Shown: positions 38,481 to 58,089 of the stretch, one piece after another
Layout of the letters: the number at the start of each line of letters is the position of its first letter
Position numbering within the stretch: position 1 is the stretch's first letter
The notes under the pieces: model-generated
The model's database searches: none
Told to the model about the DNA's origin: nothing
The model's input: only the letters and a program-made list of their open reading frames with translations
Position numbers and translations under genes: made by a program
Source: the human T2T-CHM13v2.0 reference genome, Homo sapiens
Strand: one strand, 5' to 3'
NCBI RefSeq assembly: GCF_009914755.1
Contig: NC_060931.1
Length of the DNA stretch: 64,000 nt

Positions 38481-39281
38481 CCACAGCTAGGTAGCCTGGG
38501 AGAGCGGGTGGAGGCAGAAGGTGATGGAGTGAGCCGCTGCATGAGAAAGGTGCAGCAGGGCAGGAAGTGGCGTCTTAAAGGGATATGTCCTGTGACCCAG
38601 GACCCAGGTGGAGATGCAGATTTCCTCCTGTGACTGAAGGTTTTCAGGGAAAATGGATCTATTGCCTGAAAACTGACTGAGCACATTTCTCATCAGATCT
38701 TAATCACAACATTCTTTCCTACATCAAACAGAGATAATGACAGGGCCTGATTGGATTGGGAGAGATTTAGGTATGATAACCCATGAGAAGCTTTTAGCAT
38801 TGTGTTTCTAAGAAATAATAGAATAAGAATAAGATATTGTTAATAATTAGAACAGAAAAATATATTCTATTATTATTTTTGTTGTTACTAATATTACTAC
38901 TCAGTTGAAAATGGGAACCCAGAATCATCAGGGAAATTTGTCACCGAGAAGTAGTCCCGGATGCAAGGTTTTGGTTTATAAACAAAATTCTAGATTTAAA
39001 AGTTGAGCCAGACTCAGGGAACTGTTAGTCAGAATTCCATTACAAGAATCAATGTAAAGGGTAGGACATGGAAACGGGTCCCCAGAATGTGGCCAAAGCC
39101 TGACACAATCTGAGCTTCGATCTGAGTTCCATGTTGTTATTATGAGATTCTAAAATTCTTTTAGAGTGAGGGCAGGATTCCAAAGCCCGCAGTCTGAGCG
39201 GGGCCTCACAACAGTGGGGCACGAAGCAGGAGCTTCCGTGAGCATAGCCTTAGCAATGATCTTAACCTGCCCACATGTTTC

Positions 39282-40342
<1,061 letters not shown>

Positions 40343-40639
40343 TCAAGTTAGTGTAGAAAGCCAGGTTTTAAATATGAGAATGAGGCTGGAGATGAGAAAG
40401 CCTTCTTGGATTACACTCTGAAAATACATTATAAATTAACACTAACAGTGGACATTAAAAATGGAAGAAACAGTTGAAAATGTTATGTCCACACAAAAGC
40501 CTGCACATGGATGTATTTAGCAGCTCTATTCATAACTGCCAAATATGGAAGAAACTAATAAAACTTTTAGTATGTGAATGGATAAACTGTGGTAAATCCA
40601 GACAATGGAATATTATTTTGTGTTAAAAAGAAATGAGCT

Positions 40640-40925
40640 GCTCACACCTGTAATCCCAGCACTTTGGGAGGCCGAGGCAGGTGGATCACCTGAGGTGAGG
40701 AGTTCTAGACCAGCCTGACCAATATGTTGAAAGCCCATCTCTACTGAAAATACAAAAATGAGCTGGGCATGGTGGCATGTGCCTGTAGTCCCAGGTAGTT
40801 GGGAAACTGAAAGAGGAGAATCACTTGAACCTGGGGACGGAGATTGCAGTGAGTCGAAATTGCGCCATTGCACTCCAGCCTGGGTGACAGAGTGAGACTC
40901 CATCTCAAAAAAAGAAAAAATATAG
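40640..40925 (+). mobile_element. AluS (slightly 5'-truncated)
   Basis: 15-bp TSD aaaaagaaatgagct (40625-40639 and 40926-40940). Confidence 0.95.
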
Positions 40926-41217
40926 AAAAAGAAATGAGCTACTAAACTATGAAAAGACATAGAATAACCTTAAGTGTATATTGCTAAGTGAGAGAAGCCA
41001 CTCTGAATAGGCTACATACTGATATGATTCCAACTATATGGCATTTTAGAAAACTGTGGAGACAGTAAGAAGACGAGTGGCTGCTAGGATTGCAAGAGAG
41101 GGAGGGATGAATAGGTAGAGATGGGATTTCAGGACAGTGAAAATACCTTATATTTTACTACAGTGGTAGATACATTTGTTCAAACCCATAGAATGTACAG
41201 CAGTAAAAGTGAACCCT

Positions 41218-41500
<283 letters not shown>

Positions 41501-42029
41501 AAAAGTGAACCCTAATGTAAACTGTAAACTTTGGGTGATGATGATGGATCAATATGGGCTCATTGAATGTCAGGAATGCACAGTTCTGGTTCAAGGTGTG
41601 ATAATGGGGGGTCTGTGCATGTGTGAGAATAGGGGATATATGAGACATATCTATACTTTCTTCTCAATATTGCTCTGAGCATAAAACTTATCTGAGGAAT
41701 AAAGTCTTAAAAAAAAAGAAGTAAGAAACGTGTGTGCCATTGCCTTAGAATGGCACACTTTTGTTTTGCATTAGAAATAACCATCTACAGTGGCGGCAGT
41801 TCAGGCCCCTGCTCACAATGCTCTGGGGGCTCCAACCATGTCCCACTGCCCATCACTGCCCCCATCTTGTGCCACCCTCGCCACAAGCCCAAGCCACAGC
41901 TGCTGTTTTCCTCTTACTCACCTTTGCTCCTGGCCATCTGGCTGGAGGGCTTCTTACTTATTGTGCCCTTGTGTTGATATATTATGACTCAGGAGTTTCA
42001 TACTAGGGTTTTATTTTTCCTTTTGCATT

Positions 42030-42300
42030 AAGGTCTCAGATCAAATGACCTCTCTTTGGAAAGCTTCTCAATCTGTAGGAGCTGTCTCGTCCTCCTCTTG
42101 CCTTTGTCAGCAACACTGTGCTGCATGCTCTTTTGTTTGCCTGGAGGCATATATGTCTGTCTGAAATTGTCTTGTTCATTTGTATGCTTACCTGTGTATT
42201 TGCTTTTTCCCTGCACTGGTATATGAGCTCTGAGAAACCAGGGATTCTGTCTCATGAACCCCTGCAGCCCAATGCCTGCTTACAACAGCATCCAGCACTG
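42030..42300 (+). mobile_element. L2 fragment
   Basis: aggtctcagatcaaatgacctct...atgagctctgagaaaccaggga. Confidence 0.55.
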
Positions 42301-42709
42301 ACCTGTGAAAGGACAGGTAGTCTTGCCTGTGCACTTGGTGGTGGGGAGGGAGATTATCTGCTATTTAGTTACCTATGTAGGTGACAGCATTTACTAAATA
42401 CCATCTGGACTTAAAAGGGCAAAACTACAATTTATGATGAGACCAAGAGTAAGACCACCTTTCTTTTGTAAAACCTACCATGGGCAGATTAAGCAGCAGA
42501 AACCATCATCATGGCAAAGACTACAGACATCACTTTCTGGAAATGGTCTTGTTTTGAAAGCAATGAGATTTTAAACTATGTGGTATGCTGACTTTAAGTC
42601 TCACCTACAAAACAAGATGGATTAGAAGAGAGAAATAATGAAAAATAAATCCCTTGAAACTGCATCAGATACATCAAATATTATAGAATCCCTTCATGTT
42701 GGTTGAATA

Positions 42710-42955
42710 TAGCACTGGAACAAACTGAAACCTTTTCAAGTGACAGAGGTCTTAATTCTGGCCCCTCCATATACCAATTGGGTGGCTGACTAATTTTTAA
42801 ATTTCTTTGATCTTCAGTGTTCTTATTAAAATTGGGATGTTCACATGGCCTTGTTGTAGGTTGAGAAGCTGATGTGATTCCATATATTAAATGCCTGGTA
42901 CTGTATCTGGCTTGGAGAAAATGAATGATCAATACAAAACGAGTAGTAACCACAG
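42710..42955 (+). mobile_element. MIR
   Basis: attctggcccctcca...cttcagtgttcttattaaaattggg...aaatgcctggtactgtatctggc. Confidence 0.65.
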
Positions 42956-43149
42956 TTGTTGAATTTATTCCCACCCCAACCTAAGGCGGTAGGAAGCTCA
43001 GGTGTTATAAATGATGGAGACATAGTGCAGTACAGAGGTTCCCCTTGGCAGAAAGGCATTGTATCAAATTCTATTTGTTTTTTTATCCTCCTAGTGACTC
43101 ACAGGACAAGTGTTTCACATTTTTGTAAGTGTCCTTAATGCACCAGAGT

Positions 43150-49065
<5,916 letters not shown>

Positions 49066-49725
49066 TCAAATTCCATATTCAAACACCTGCTCCAGCACTT
49101 ATCCTCTAAAATATAATCCAACAAAACCTTTTTTTAAAAATTGTATGCACATATATATATGTCTGCATGGGTGTTTTTGTGGATATTTTACACAAATAAT
49201 CATTATATAAGTATAACTAAGGTCCAGAGGATAATAAAGGAAACAACACAAATGAACCTGTATCCACTATTCATTTTAGGAAAAAGATAATCACCACAAC
49301 TTAATGTTCCCCATAAGCCCCTTCTGATGCTATACACCTCTCTCTTCATTTCCCCAAGAGTGACCATTATTTCGAATTGGGTGTTTATAATAAAATGAAT
49401 TTTGTATATAGTTTTCTTACCTCTATATTTATCTTTAAAGTTCTATTGTTTCATTTGGCCATTTTTAAAATTTAAATGGATGGCTGTATGTTTATATGTT
49501 TTTATTTGATTTACTTTTTGCTGCTCACTATTGGATTCTTAAGATGACAGCATGTTATCAAAAATGGTAGTTCATTCCTTTTTATTGTTTTATGTGGTCC
49601 CATTGTGAGAAAATAACACGCTGAATTTAGTCATTCTAAAAATGATATATTTTGTAAGTTTTACATGTGGTTTTTTCTATATTAAAAATAGTATTGTCAC
49701 ACGCTTTCTTGTGTATATCTTCTAG

Positions 49726-50113
49726 TGTGTGTATATATAGGTATTATATATATTTATACTATATAAATAGTATACTATATATAAAAATAATATACTATAT
49801 ATTAAAAAAATATATTTACATATATATATTTTTTTTTTCAGATGGAGTTTCTTTCTTGTTGCCCAGACTAAAGTGCAATAATCTTGGCCCACTGCCACCT
49901 TCGCCTCCCAGGTTCAAGTGATTCTCCTGTCTCAGCCTGTAAACCTGGGATTATAGGTGGCTGCCACCACACCCAGCTATTTTTTGTATTTTTAGTAAAG
50001 ATGGGGTTTCACCATGTTGGCCAGGCTGGTCTAAAATGCCTGACCTCAGGTGATCTGCCCACCTTGGCCTCTCTAAGTGCTGGGATTACAGGCATGAGCC
50101 ACCTTGCCAGGCC
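49726..50113 (-). mobile_element. AluS with a ~110-bp (TA)-rich derived tail
   Basis: Alu body ~49840-50113; TSD tatatcttctag at 49714-49725 and 50114-50125. Confidence 0.92.
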
Positions 50114-50345
50114 TATATCTTCTAGGATAGATATGCAATAATTTCTATAGGGTATCAAACTGTTAGTTCATAGGGCATTTGTTCAATTTTCATTCAACTA
50201 TTGAGTGTTGGCAATTGTCTATATGGCAGGTACTGTTTAGGCACCAAAGTTAGAGTATAAAATAAAATATACAAAACTTCCTTTCTTTATAGTGCTTTTC
50301 TGCAGGTAAAGGCAAATAGCAAATAAAACAAAACATAAAATATTC

Positions 50346-50772
50346 TGTTGGCAAGGATAAACGTGGTTATGCTGCTGTGATAAATAATCCCCTTATCAAA
50401 GTGGCTTAAAAATAATTTAAAATATTGTATCTTAATCATGTTACATGCTCTTTATATTATATGTTCCACATTATTTGTTCTTCAAAGATTGCTAGGGAGC
50501 TTTCTCCACATTGTCGTCTTTCTCATTTTGGGATCCAAGATGTTCAAAATGTCATTCTCTGGAACGTGCCAGGTACTGAGGAGAAGGGAAAAAAGAATGC
50601 AGCGAAATTCATGCAGGCTTTTCAAGGTTCTGCATAGAATCAACATTTATTGCTGCCTCTCCCACCTCACTGCCAAAGACAGTCATAGTAGCAGGGGACA
50701 ATAAACTCCTACCATGCACCTGGTAGTAAGATAATAATCAAATATTTGCAAGCAGCCCTAGCGATTAGCACA
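50346..50772 (-). mobile_element. MLT1 (MLT1K/L-like) MaLR LTR inserted in an antisense L2 (~50190-51400)
   Basis: aggataaacgtggttatgctgctgtgataaataatcccc...gtggcttaaaa...cctaccatgcacctgg. Confidence 0.65.
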
Positions 50773-51399
50773 AATATAATTTATTAGATGATGATGATAA
50801 TATGAGAAAAAATGCAATAGCATGAATATGCAGGGTTTGAAACAATGTTGGGAGAGTGATTAGTCCCTTTTAGATGGTAATCATAGAGGATCTCATGAAG
50901 AAGATGGCACTGGAGTAAATAACAAAGCAGTCATTGTAGGGGACACTTAGAGTGAAGACCACTCACAGGAAGAACAAGTGCTTCATGCAGAAGCTTAAAT
51001 TTTGTGTTCTAGCATAGAAGTAGGAGTTGACTTCCAAGACTTAAGCTGGGGGTAGATTGGGAAAGGACTTCTGGAATTTGACATTTAGTCCGATTTAAAA
51101 AGATTGAAGTAGAGGCATTTAAGCACATATATTTTAGCAATATAACCATGGCTGCTATGGTGAAACATTCAGGATGATGGAAGAAGGGAGGAGTCCAAGC
51201 CAGGAGATGCAGGAATGGCTAGGAAGATATTTTAATAATTTGGGCAAGAGATGAGGGCAACATGAATTGGGGTGATGGAAGCTATGGTAGTAAAAAGTGG
51301 TCAGATTTGAAGGAGAAAAAGAGCAGTTAAAGAAGGCTTCAAGGTTTAGGCATTGAAAGAATGGCATTGCCACATACCAGGAACCAAGATGGGTATGTC

Positions 51400-52520
51400 T
51401 GGCTTCAGCAACAGAAAATAGTAACAAAATGTTTTCTAAAGCAGCTGTATCTTTTACCCATCCTGTCCATAAGATATAAGTATCTCTTTTGTTCCACAGT
51501 GTTTGCTATTTTAACTTATTTGAAATGTTATCTTGTTTTAATTTTCATTCATAATTCCTTGACTTTCAATGAGATTGAGTGCTTTTCAGATATTTATTTG
51601 ACAATTTGGATTTCTTTTTTCCTCAGAAAACTGATTCAGTTATTTTGTCCAGTATTGTGTGTGTGTGTGTATGTATGTGTATGTGTGTGTTGCGTTGCAT
51701 GTTTTTTATTTTGTTTTGTTTCAGAATTGTTTATGAATTCAAGCAGAATTGAAAACATCTTCTAATTTATTGCTATTATTCATAGAGCTGCCACTAGTTC
51801 CACTGATTTGACTATTAGTGCACCAATTCTTGACTGTTAGAATTACTGTGAATTTATGGTAAATCTTTACATATGGTAAAGCAGGATTCTGTCACGTCGT
51901 CATCATCGTTGCATGTTGCTTTTCTTTTTCTCATTTTCTTTCCTCTTCTTCCCCTTCTCCCTCCTCGTTTGTGATTTTGTTTTTCTATTTTTCCTCCTTA
52001 ATCATCTTTTTCTTCAGGAATGTTTACCCTTTACTCCTCTGTATACATTTTAGAATCATCTTTTCACCTTTCATGAAGAAATTTGTTATAATTTTTATTA
52101 ACATGGTATTGACTCTAGCTATAAATTTGAACAGAAGTACTTCATGGTACTGAGTTTTCCTATTCATGACTATGTTATATATTCTATTATTCAGCTTTAC
52201 TTTAATGTCATTAAACACAATACTCCAAGTATCTCTGTAGAATAATTTATATAATATTTAGATTTACTTCTAGTCACCTAATATTTTTGGTTGCTACCTC
52301 AAATATATTTCTAATTTTTTCCTTAAGTTATCTAACTTTTTTGTTGCTGATATATAGAAGCTATTGATGTTAAAAACAGTTATCTTATTTGGTTTACTAG
52401 TGAGAATATCTGGTGACTTCTTACTCTGTTATAGACTTTAGAATTTCTTATATTTACAAAATGTCACTTGTGAACGTCAAAGTTTTGATTTCCTTTTTAA
52501 AATTCTTACAACTTTTGTTT
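51400..52520 (-). mobile_element. Ancient L1M(E)-like antisense fragments
   Basis: T-rich, L1 ORF2 antisense motifs (atacattttagaatcatctttt, gagttttcctattcatgac). Confidence 0.55.
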
Positions 52521-52869
52521 ACATGTTTAAAAGTTTGATAATACTGCTTATTCAAGAAGAGTAACATCAATTATGCCATCATTTTTGCTTGATTTATTTT
52601 CAGGAAAACATTACAGTATCTGAAAGTAAAGAATTGTAGGTAATCTTAATTTAGCTGCATGGAGTGAGAATTATTATCAATAATAAGAATATATCCAGTT
52701 AAATTCAGTGGTAGGGTTTTATAATGGTGTAGACATCATGTTTTATGCCTCAATAACGCCCTCCACTGGCACACATTAAAAATAGCCTTGAATGGATCTA
52801 CTGAAAAAGGAACGGATCAAGGAAAAAAGAAAGAAGAGATGGAAAAGATACCATGTTGAGCTCTTCTTT

Positions 52870-55430
52870 CAGTCTGAGAACATATATGTTTAGTCAATTT
52901 AGCAAGCTACTCAATTCTTTCTCACCATCTGTTTTAAATCCCATCTCCAATGTTCATAAAACTACTTCTCTAGGGTTAATAAATGATGTAATATGTTTAT
53001 TGTGTTTTCTTGCCCATTTTGGTACATTAGTAGCAGTGATGTGAATACCTTGATGAGAGGAAATGTACTTGTTAGTCCAGTTGACTGAACAATGACTACT
53101 ACAAACTTTATATGTTCTCATTTTTATATTTTCTATGGTTGCTTCTGTTTCTGCTGCAGAATAAGCAAAGTGTAGATTAGAGCAAGCATCAATTTCCAAC
53201 AACACACTTTGGCTGAGTGCCCCCTTCCCCAGCCACCAACACACACACACATCTATGTTCAACCGAATTCTCCTGCCCGCTATGCACAGTTCTTAGTCCT
53301 TTGGGAAGTTCCACCTAAAGCTGTTCTCAGACAATTTATTGTCTACTGATATTGAGTTCAACTTCTTTCTACGTTGTTTCAATATATACAACATGACTAT
53401 GCCCTTATTTGTTCCATCTCTGCACTGTTTGAGCTTACACATGCGTGTTCACTTAATGAACCTAGTTGTAAGATTTGACTAAGGTATCTGCCGTATCATT
53501 CTAATTCCCTTCTGAACTGGCATAACCATAATCCACCTTAATTTTTCTTCAAAATTCTCATAGAATTTACTTTTGGTGTACTTTATCATATGATCTTCTA
53601 GGGCCCTGATCACAATGGAAAGTCTGAAGCCTCCTGACTTAAGCATCTATAAAGAAGAAAATACTCCCATGAATTTATAATTCCCCTTTGCCCTCTGCCA
53701 CTGAATGCATGGTTCTCAGCCCACCTGCTGTGCAGATTTACCACTACCTTCCTCCCCCAGAGGAAAGAATGCACCTCTGCTGGGTGATTTCTAAAAGGCA
53801 ACGTGATCCTCATTCCAGAAATTCATTTGTGAAACAAACAAGCTGTTTTGTATCACCTGAAAAGAATTATAGCTTCCTACTAGCTGGTAGTTGGGTCACA
53901 AACATCTTTGGAGGGCTCTATCATTGTCTCCAGAAGCACCAATCTCCCTGTTCATGTATGAGGCAGACTCTTCATGCTTTCCATGTCTGGAATTTTTAAT
54001 ATACCATTTCTTCTGCATCAAGGAGCTCTACTGAGCCTTACCATCTGTATGCAAACATTTCTCTGAGCTGATAGGCATTTCTAATCTCAAGATTATCTGG
54101 AAGCTTTTCTATGATAGAAACATTCTCTCGTAACATCCAGGAGCAAGCTAGAAATAGTCTTCCAATTTCTTCAACACTGCTGAGTAGCAGTATTGTTTTT
54201 CTGCCTGAGGCGCAAGTCTGCATGCATTCTAGTTGCAGATGCTTCAAAGAGTATCTGGGTGATTGAATATTTACATCCCAGCTACACTGCCTCCTCAGCA
54301 GCCCCATTGTAAACATTGATTGTTATACCTTCTCTGGGCTCAATGTAAATTTGTATTTCTTCCTTGTGTCTTTGCGAAAAGGACCCAGTAGGATTCCTGT
54401 GAGGCAGATGTGGCTGTGCTCAAACCCAAACAAGCCTAGGAATCTCCTGGCTTCCTCTTCAGAGATAGATTAGTAAAATTATCATTTATTTCATACAGTT
54501 TGAATGCTGTCCCTGGCTGTTTTACCTCAGGAGATTCACAAAATTTCTCAGACTAAACTGGACATTTAGTTTTAGCTGGGTCTATTATCCAGCTTCTATT
54601 TGTCACATGGTTGGCTGCAGTTTTTAAATCCACCTGCTTTTTTTTTCTCCAAGGAGGCAATTATAGCAACAAATCAGTGAAGCACACCAACTTATGTTTA
54701 ACAGTTAGCTACCAAAACCACATCTCCCCACAGTCTCTGAGAGGATGCTGGTGTATTTCAATATCTCTGACAAAGTTGTAAAAGTGGATTGCAGATAAGT
54801 CTACATGAATGCAAATTGTGCTTGGCTGGTTCCAAAATAGGATGAAAAAAGCAACAATTATCTAAGTTTACTCTGGACCTCAGTTAGCCTTGGCCTATTG
54901 CATTTGTTATGTAATGTTTATCATATTGGGCACATGGCTGAAGCAGTCTCACATGCTGTAGCATTTCTTCATCAGTATTCAACTGTCAGTCTCAAGAAGT
55001 CCTCTACCTTGATCCCAGCCAAAATGGGTTTGATAATATGGAATTAGTAAAAAGCAAGTATCCTATTTCAAACCATTTTCTTCATTAGAGAAGTAGTTTC
55101 TTGTTTCCAAGTAGGAATTCTATATTGCTTAGCTTTTCCACAGAAGAAAGCCTGGTCCATTACACATGTCCCCATGGACTGGGTGAAGGGTTTACCTTGT
55201 CATCCATGTTGATAGAACTATAGCGACAGAGCTCCATAACATTCATTTCAGTTATGTTTTCAGGAAACAGCAAAACAACCACACCTGCAGTTCATTTTCC
55301 ATTTTGCAGTTAAACCATAACCTTACTGCCTTCAACCCCACTTTTGTACCCTACAGATTTCACATTAGGGCTATTTATAGTGCATGGACATCCCTGTACC
55401 TGTGTTAGTGATCCCCAAAAATATTTCTTA
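52870..55430 (-). mobile_element. pol: Highly degenerate ERV-L-class (class III) pro-pol: protease, RT, RNase H, integrase
   Basis: Minus-strand translations in correct order: FLGITNTGT (55421-55395, DTG-like), VVVLLFPENITEMNVM, KQYRIP (55130-55113), LRLTVEY (54995-54975), QAQFAF, RSWIIDPAK, EEARRFLGLFGF (54457-54422), LACSW, KWYI, FTNE / EEGSGKSAQ (RNase H), and VLLEIDACSNLHFAY...ISSHQGIHITATNVPKWA...EHW (IN). Confidence 0.88.
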
Positions 55431-55789
55431 CCACAATTGGGTCATTGTATGCACATCGTTGTAACTGACCTTGGAACCCCCAACAAGGCTTAGACAAGCA
55501 GTTCCCAGGTCTTCTACCAGTTATTTTAAGATTCCATGAATTAAACTGAAGGAAAACATTCTAGCCCTTCTTCAAATATTCTCATTTTAAATTATGACTC
55601 CCGTAAGTTGACACAAATTCACTCAGATTGAGTTATATGAAGCAAGTAGCATGTTCGGTATTTACATCTTTAACAGATGTGTCATATTTAGTATTTACAC
55701 CTCCTTCTCCCTCTCCATCCCCCACTGTATGTAATTACTATCATTTCTGCAGCAAAAATCCCAATCATTTTCTTCATTTTCTCCTCTAA

Positions 55790-56080
55790 TTTTTGCTTGC
55801 AGTAAAATACACATAACATATATCATTTTAACCCTTTTAAGTATACAAAGTAGTAGCAGTAAGTACATTCACAATATTGTGTTACCAACCATTACTACTG
55901 GTTCCAGAAGATTTCATCATCCCAAGCACAAACTCTCTACCCTTTAAGCAATAACTTCCTATTTTTCCTTTTTGACAGCTTCTTAGTAACCTCTATTCTA
56001 CTATTCATCTCGATGAATTTGCCTATTCTAGACAGTTTGTTTAAGTGGAATCAGAAAATCATGCTCTCTTTTTTATATTA
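55790..56080 (-). mobile_element. L1MB-type 3' end fragment inserted in ERV-L gag
   Basis: gtaaaatacacataacat...aagtacattcacaatattgtg...ttccagaagatttcatcatcccaa...gaatttgcctattctagac. Confidence 0.8.
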
Positions 56081-56170
56081 TTTTTCAGAAGTCATGTAAA
56101 CCACTTCATCTATTTAAGCTGGTTTTTTCTTTCCCACATTTTGGAACATGTTTTCTGTTGGTGCTACCTT

Positions 56171-56351
56171 TTTTTTTTTCTTTAATTTTTTATATTATTT
56201 TTGAGACAGAGCCTCGTTCTATTTCCCAGGCTGGTATACAGTGGCAAAATCTCTGCTCAATGAAACATCTGCCTCCTAGGTTCAAGAAATTCTCATGCCT
56301 CAGCTTCCTGAGTAGCTGGGATTACAGATGCACACCACCATGCCCAGCTAA
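56171..56351 (-). mobile_element. 5'-truncated Alu (right arm only)
   Basis: Poly-T plus right arm; TSD ggtgctacctt / ggtgccatctt. Confidence 0.88.
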
Positions 56352-58089
56352 GGTGCCATCTTTCTTTTCGATAGCACAATTCTCTCATCATTTCCCCTCG
56401 TGAATGGTAGCCGAGTTATCAGATTACAATTACCAATTACTGACTACTGAATGTTTTGATGGCCCTCAAAGGAGCAAGGTTACATAAGATACTCAAAAAC
56501 TGAGGTGATCCTTGTATAACAGCCTTTGCCATGGTCTGTGTCAATGGCCTTAAATGACTGTGTCTCTCAGATGGTCAAAGAACAAACATCAGGTTTCCTG
56601 CCAGCACTGTTAACATCCCTACTATTTCAGAAGGAGTAATCCATTTGTTAGTCCTGATGGCTTCTTCTCAGGGCAAGTGAGCTAAGTTCTACTATCTTTA
56701 TCTATTTTTCAACTAAGTTGCTATACCATTTGGAAAAGTTTGTGTCAACTTGGAAATCTTTAATAAATCCAAATTATCTCTTCCACTTACTGGTTTATAG
56801 ACTTGGATATCCCAATCTCCATCCCCCTACCCTGGTTTCTATTCTGAGAATCCATTATGGCACGAGTGCATAGGTTTTTGCTGATATTTCTCAGAAAATA
56901 GCCAGCTCTTTCACTGAATAATCTCTGCGTTCTGTGGTAATGTGGCCATAGCCCTGGATACTTCGTATTCTTTGGGGGTGATCACTGGTTGTGAGTTACT
57001 TTGCAAGTGAATAGCCACAGAAGCAAGGCCATGCCTTCCTGAGATGAGAAGAACTGGTCTTTCTTCTTTTACTTCCATTGCCCTTCTTTAGATTTAGTTT
57101 CTGCCTAATTTCCTCCTTTAGATTTAGTTTGTTGTTGTTGTTTTAAACCAGGCTAACAGCATTTAGTGAATAGTATTTGCTAACATGCCCTCTTCTTGAA
57201 ATTCTCTCTCTGTCCACTGAACCAGACCTCTTACTCTCACTCTCTATGTCTTTTAAATTCCATTAGTGATGAATTGTCCCGGCCACAAGCTTCTGCACCA
57301 CCTCACAGCAACGACGCATGGGAGGCATTTTTAGCATCAGATTCTCATCATACTGTTGTCTACTCCTCACACTTTTAACCAAAAAGTGACTTTGCCCCTA
57401 ATTTGTGGGCCTGATAAATAATCTCACCATAGGCAATAATCTGTGTGGTCTCTACAAGTGGTTGAAACGTCAAAGCAAATTCACAGACATTATAATTTTT
57501 CCCAATCTCAAACTTTATTAATGATTCAAAGACTACAAGCAAACATGCAGTCCAGGGTTTGGCATTTCTTGTTTGGCATACATGCTCAAAATAGTCTGCA
57601 AAATCTTTCACGTTCTCTCCTTTTCGGAACTGGAGCTCATTGTTGTTTTAGAATAAGAGACAAGAGCTAATAAAGTCAGCGCTACATGCCAGTGCAGTAG
57701 AAGCCATTTAGAGCTAAGATGCTTCATTAGTCACACAGGGATAAAGGGATTATGTGACTAACTTCTATCCATAGATTTGCTTGTTGTATAAATTTTATAC
57801 CATGAATTTATAAATTCCATGTTTAGTTAAAATCAACCTGTCTTGACATACCAAGCATATGCTGATAGAAGTAATTTTTAAATTGAAAAGTCTTGGTCAG
57901 TAATTTATGTGCTAGCCAAATACTACTACCATATCCACAAGGTTGTCTGTTCTAAGTCAGCATTTCCTTGGTTGATCCAAGAAGAAAATGAGTGAATTAC
58001 AGAACTAATGATTTCCAGACTTAAGTATAGTTTTTATTGAATTACAGACTGTTAACACTTCTGTATTAGAATACAAACTAGTAGTGCAA

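Larger units (their letters stand above)
55700..57050 (-). mobile_element. gag: ERV-L-class gag remnant of the same provirus, interrupted by L1MB and Alu
   Basis: DYSVKELA.FSEKYQQKP (from ~56920), WILRI (56854-56840), PLTQTMAKAVIQGSP (56547-56503) resemble ERV-L gag motifs YTPKELLEFSNLYKQK, WILRV and PLTNALRNRFVRAAP. Confidence 0.78.

Noticed and set aside
52860-53000. MIR-like sequence at the left end of the ERV-L
   Set aside because: On the minus strand it continues the integrase (NPREVVL/EHWRWDLKQMVRK, like HPQAAGLIERWNGLLK), which explains it better.
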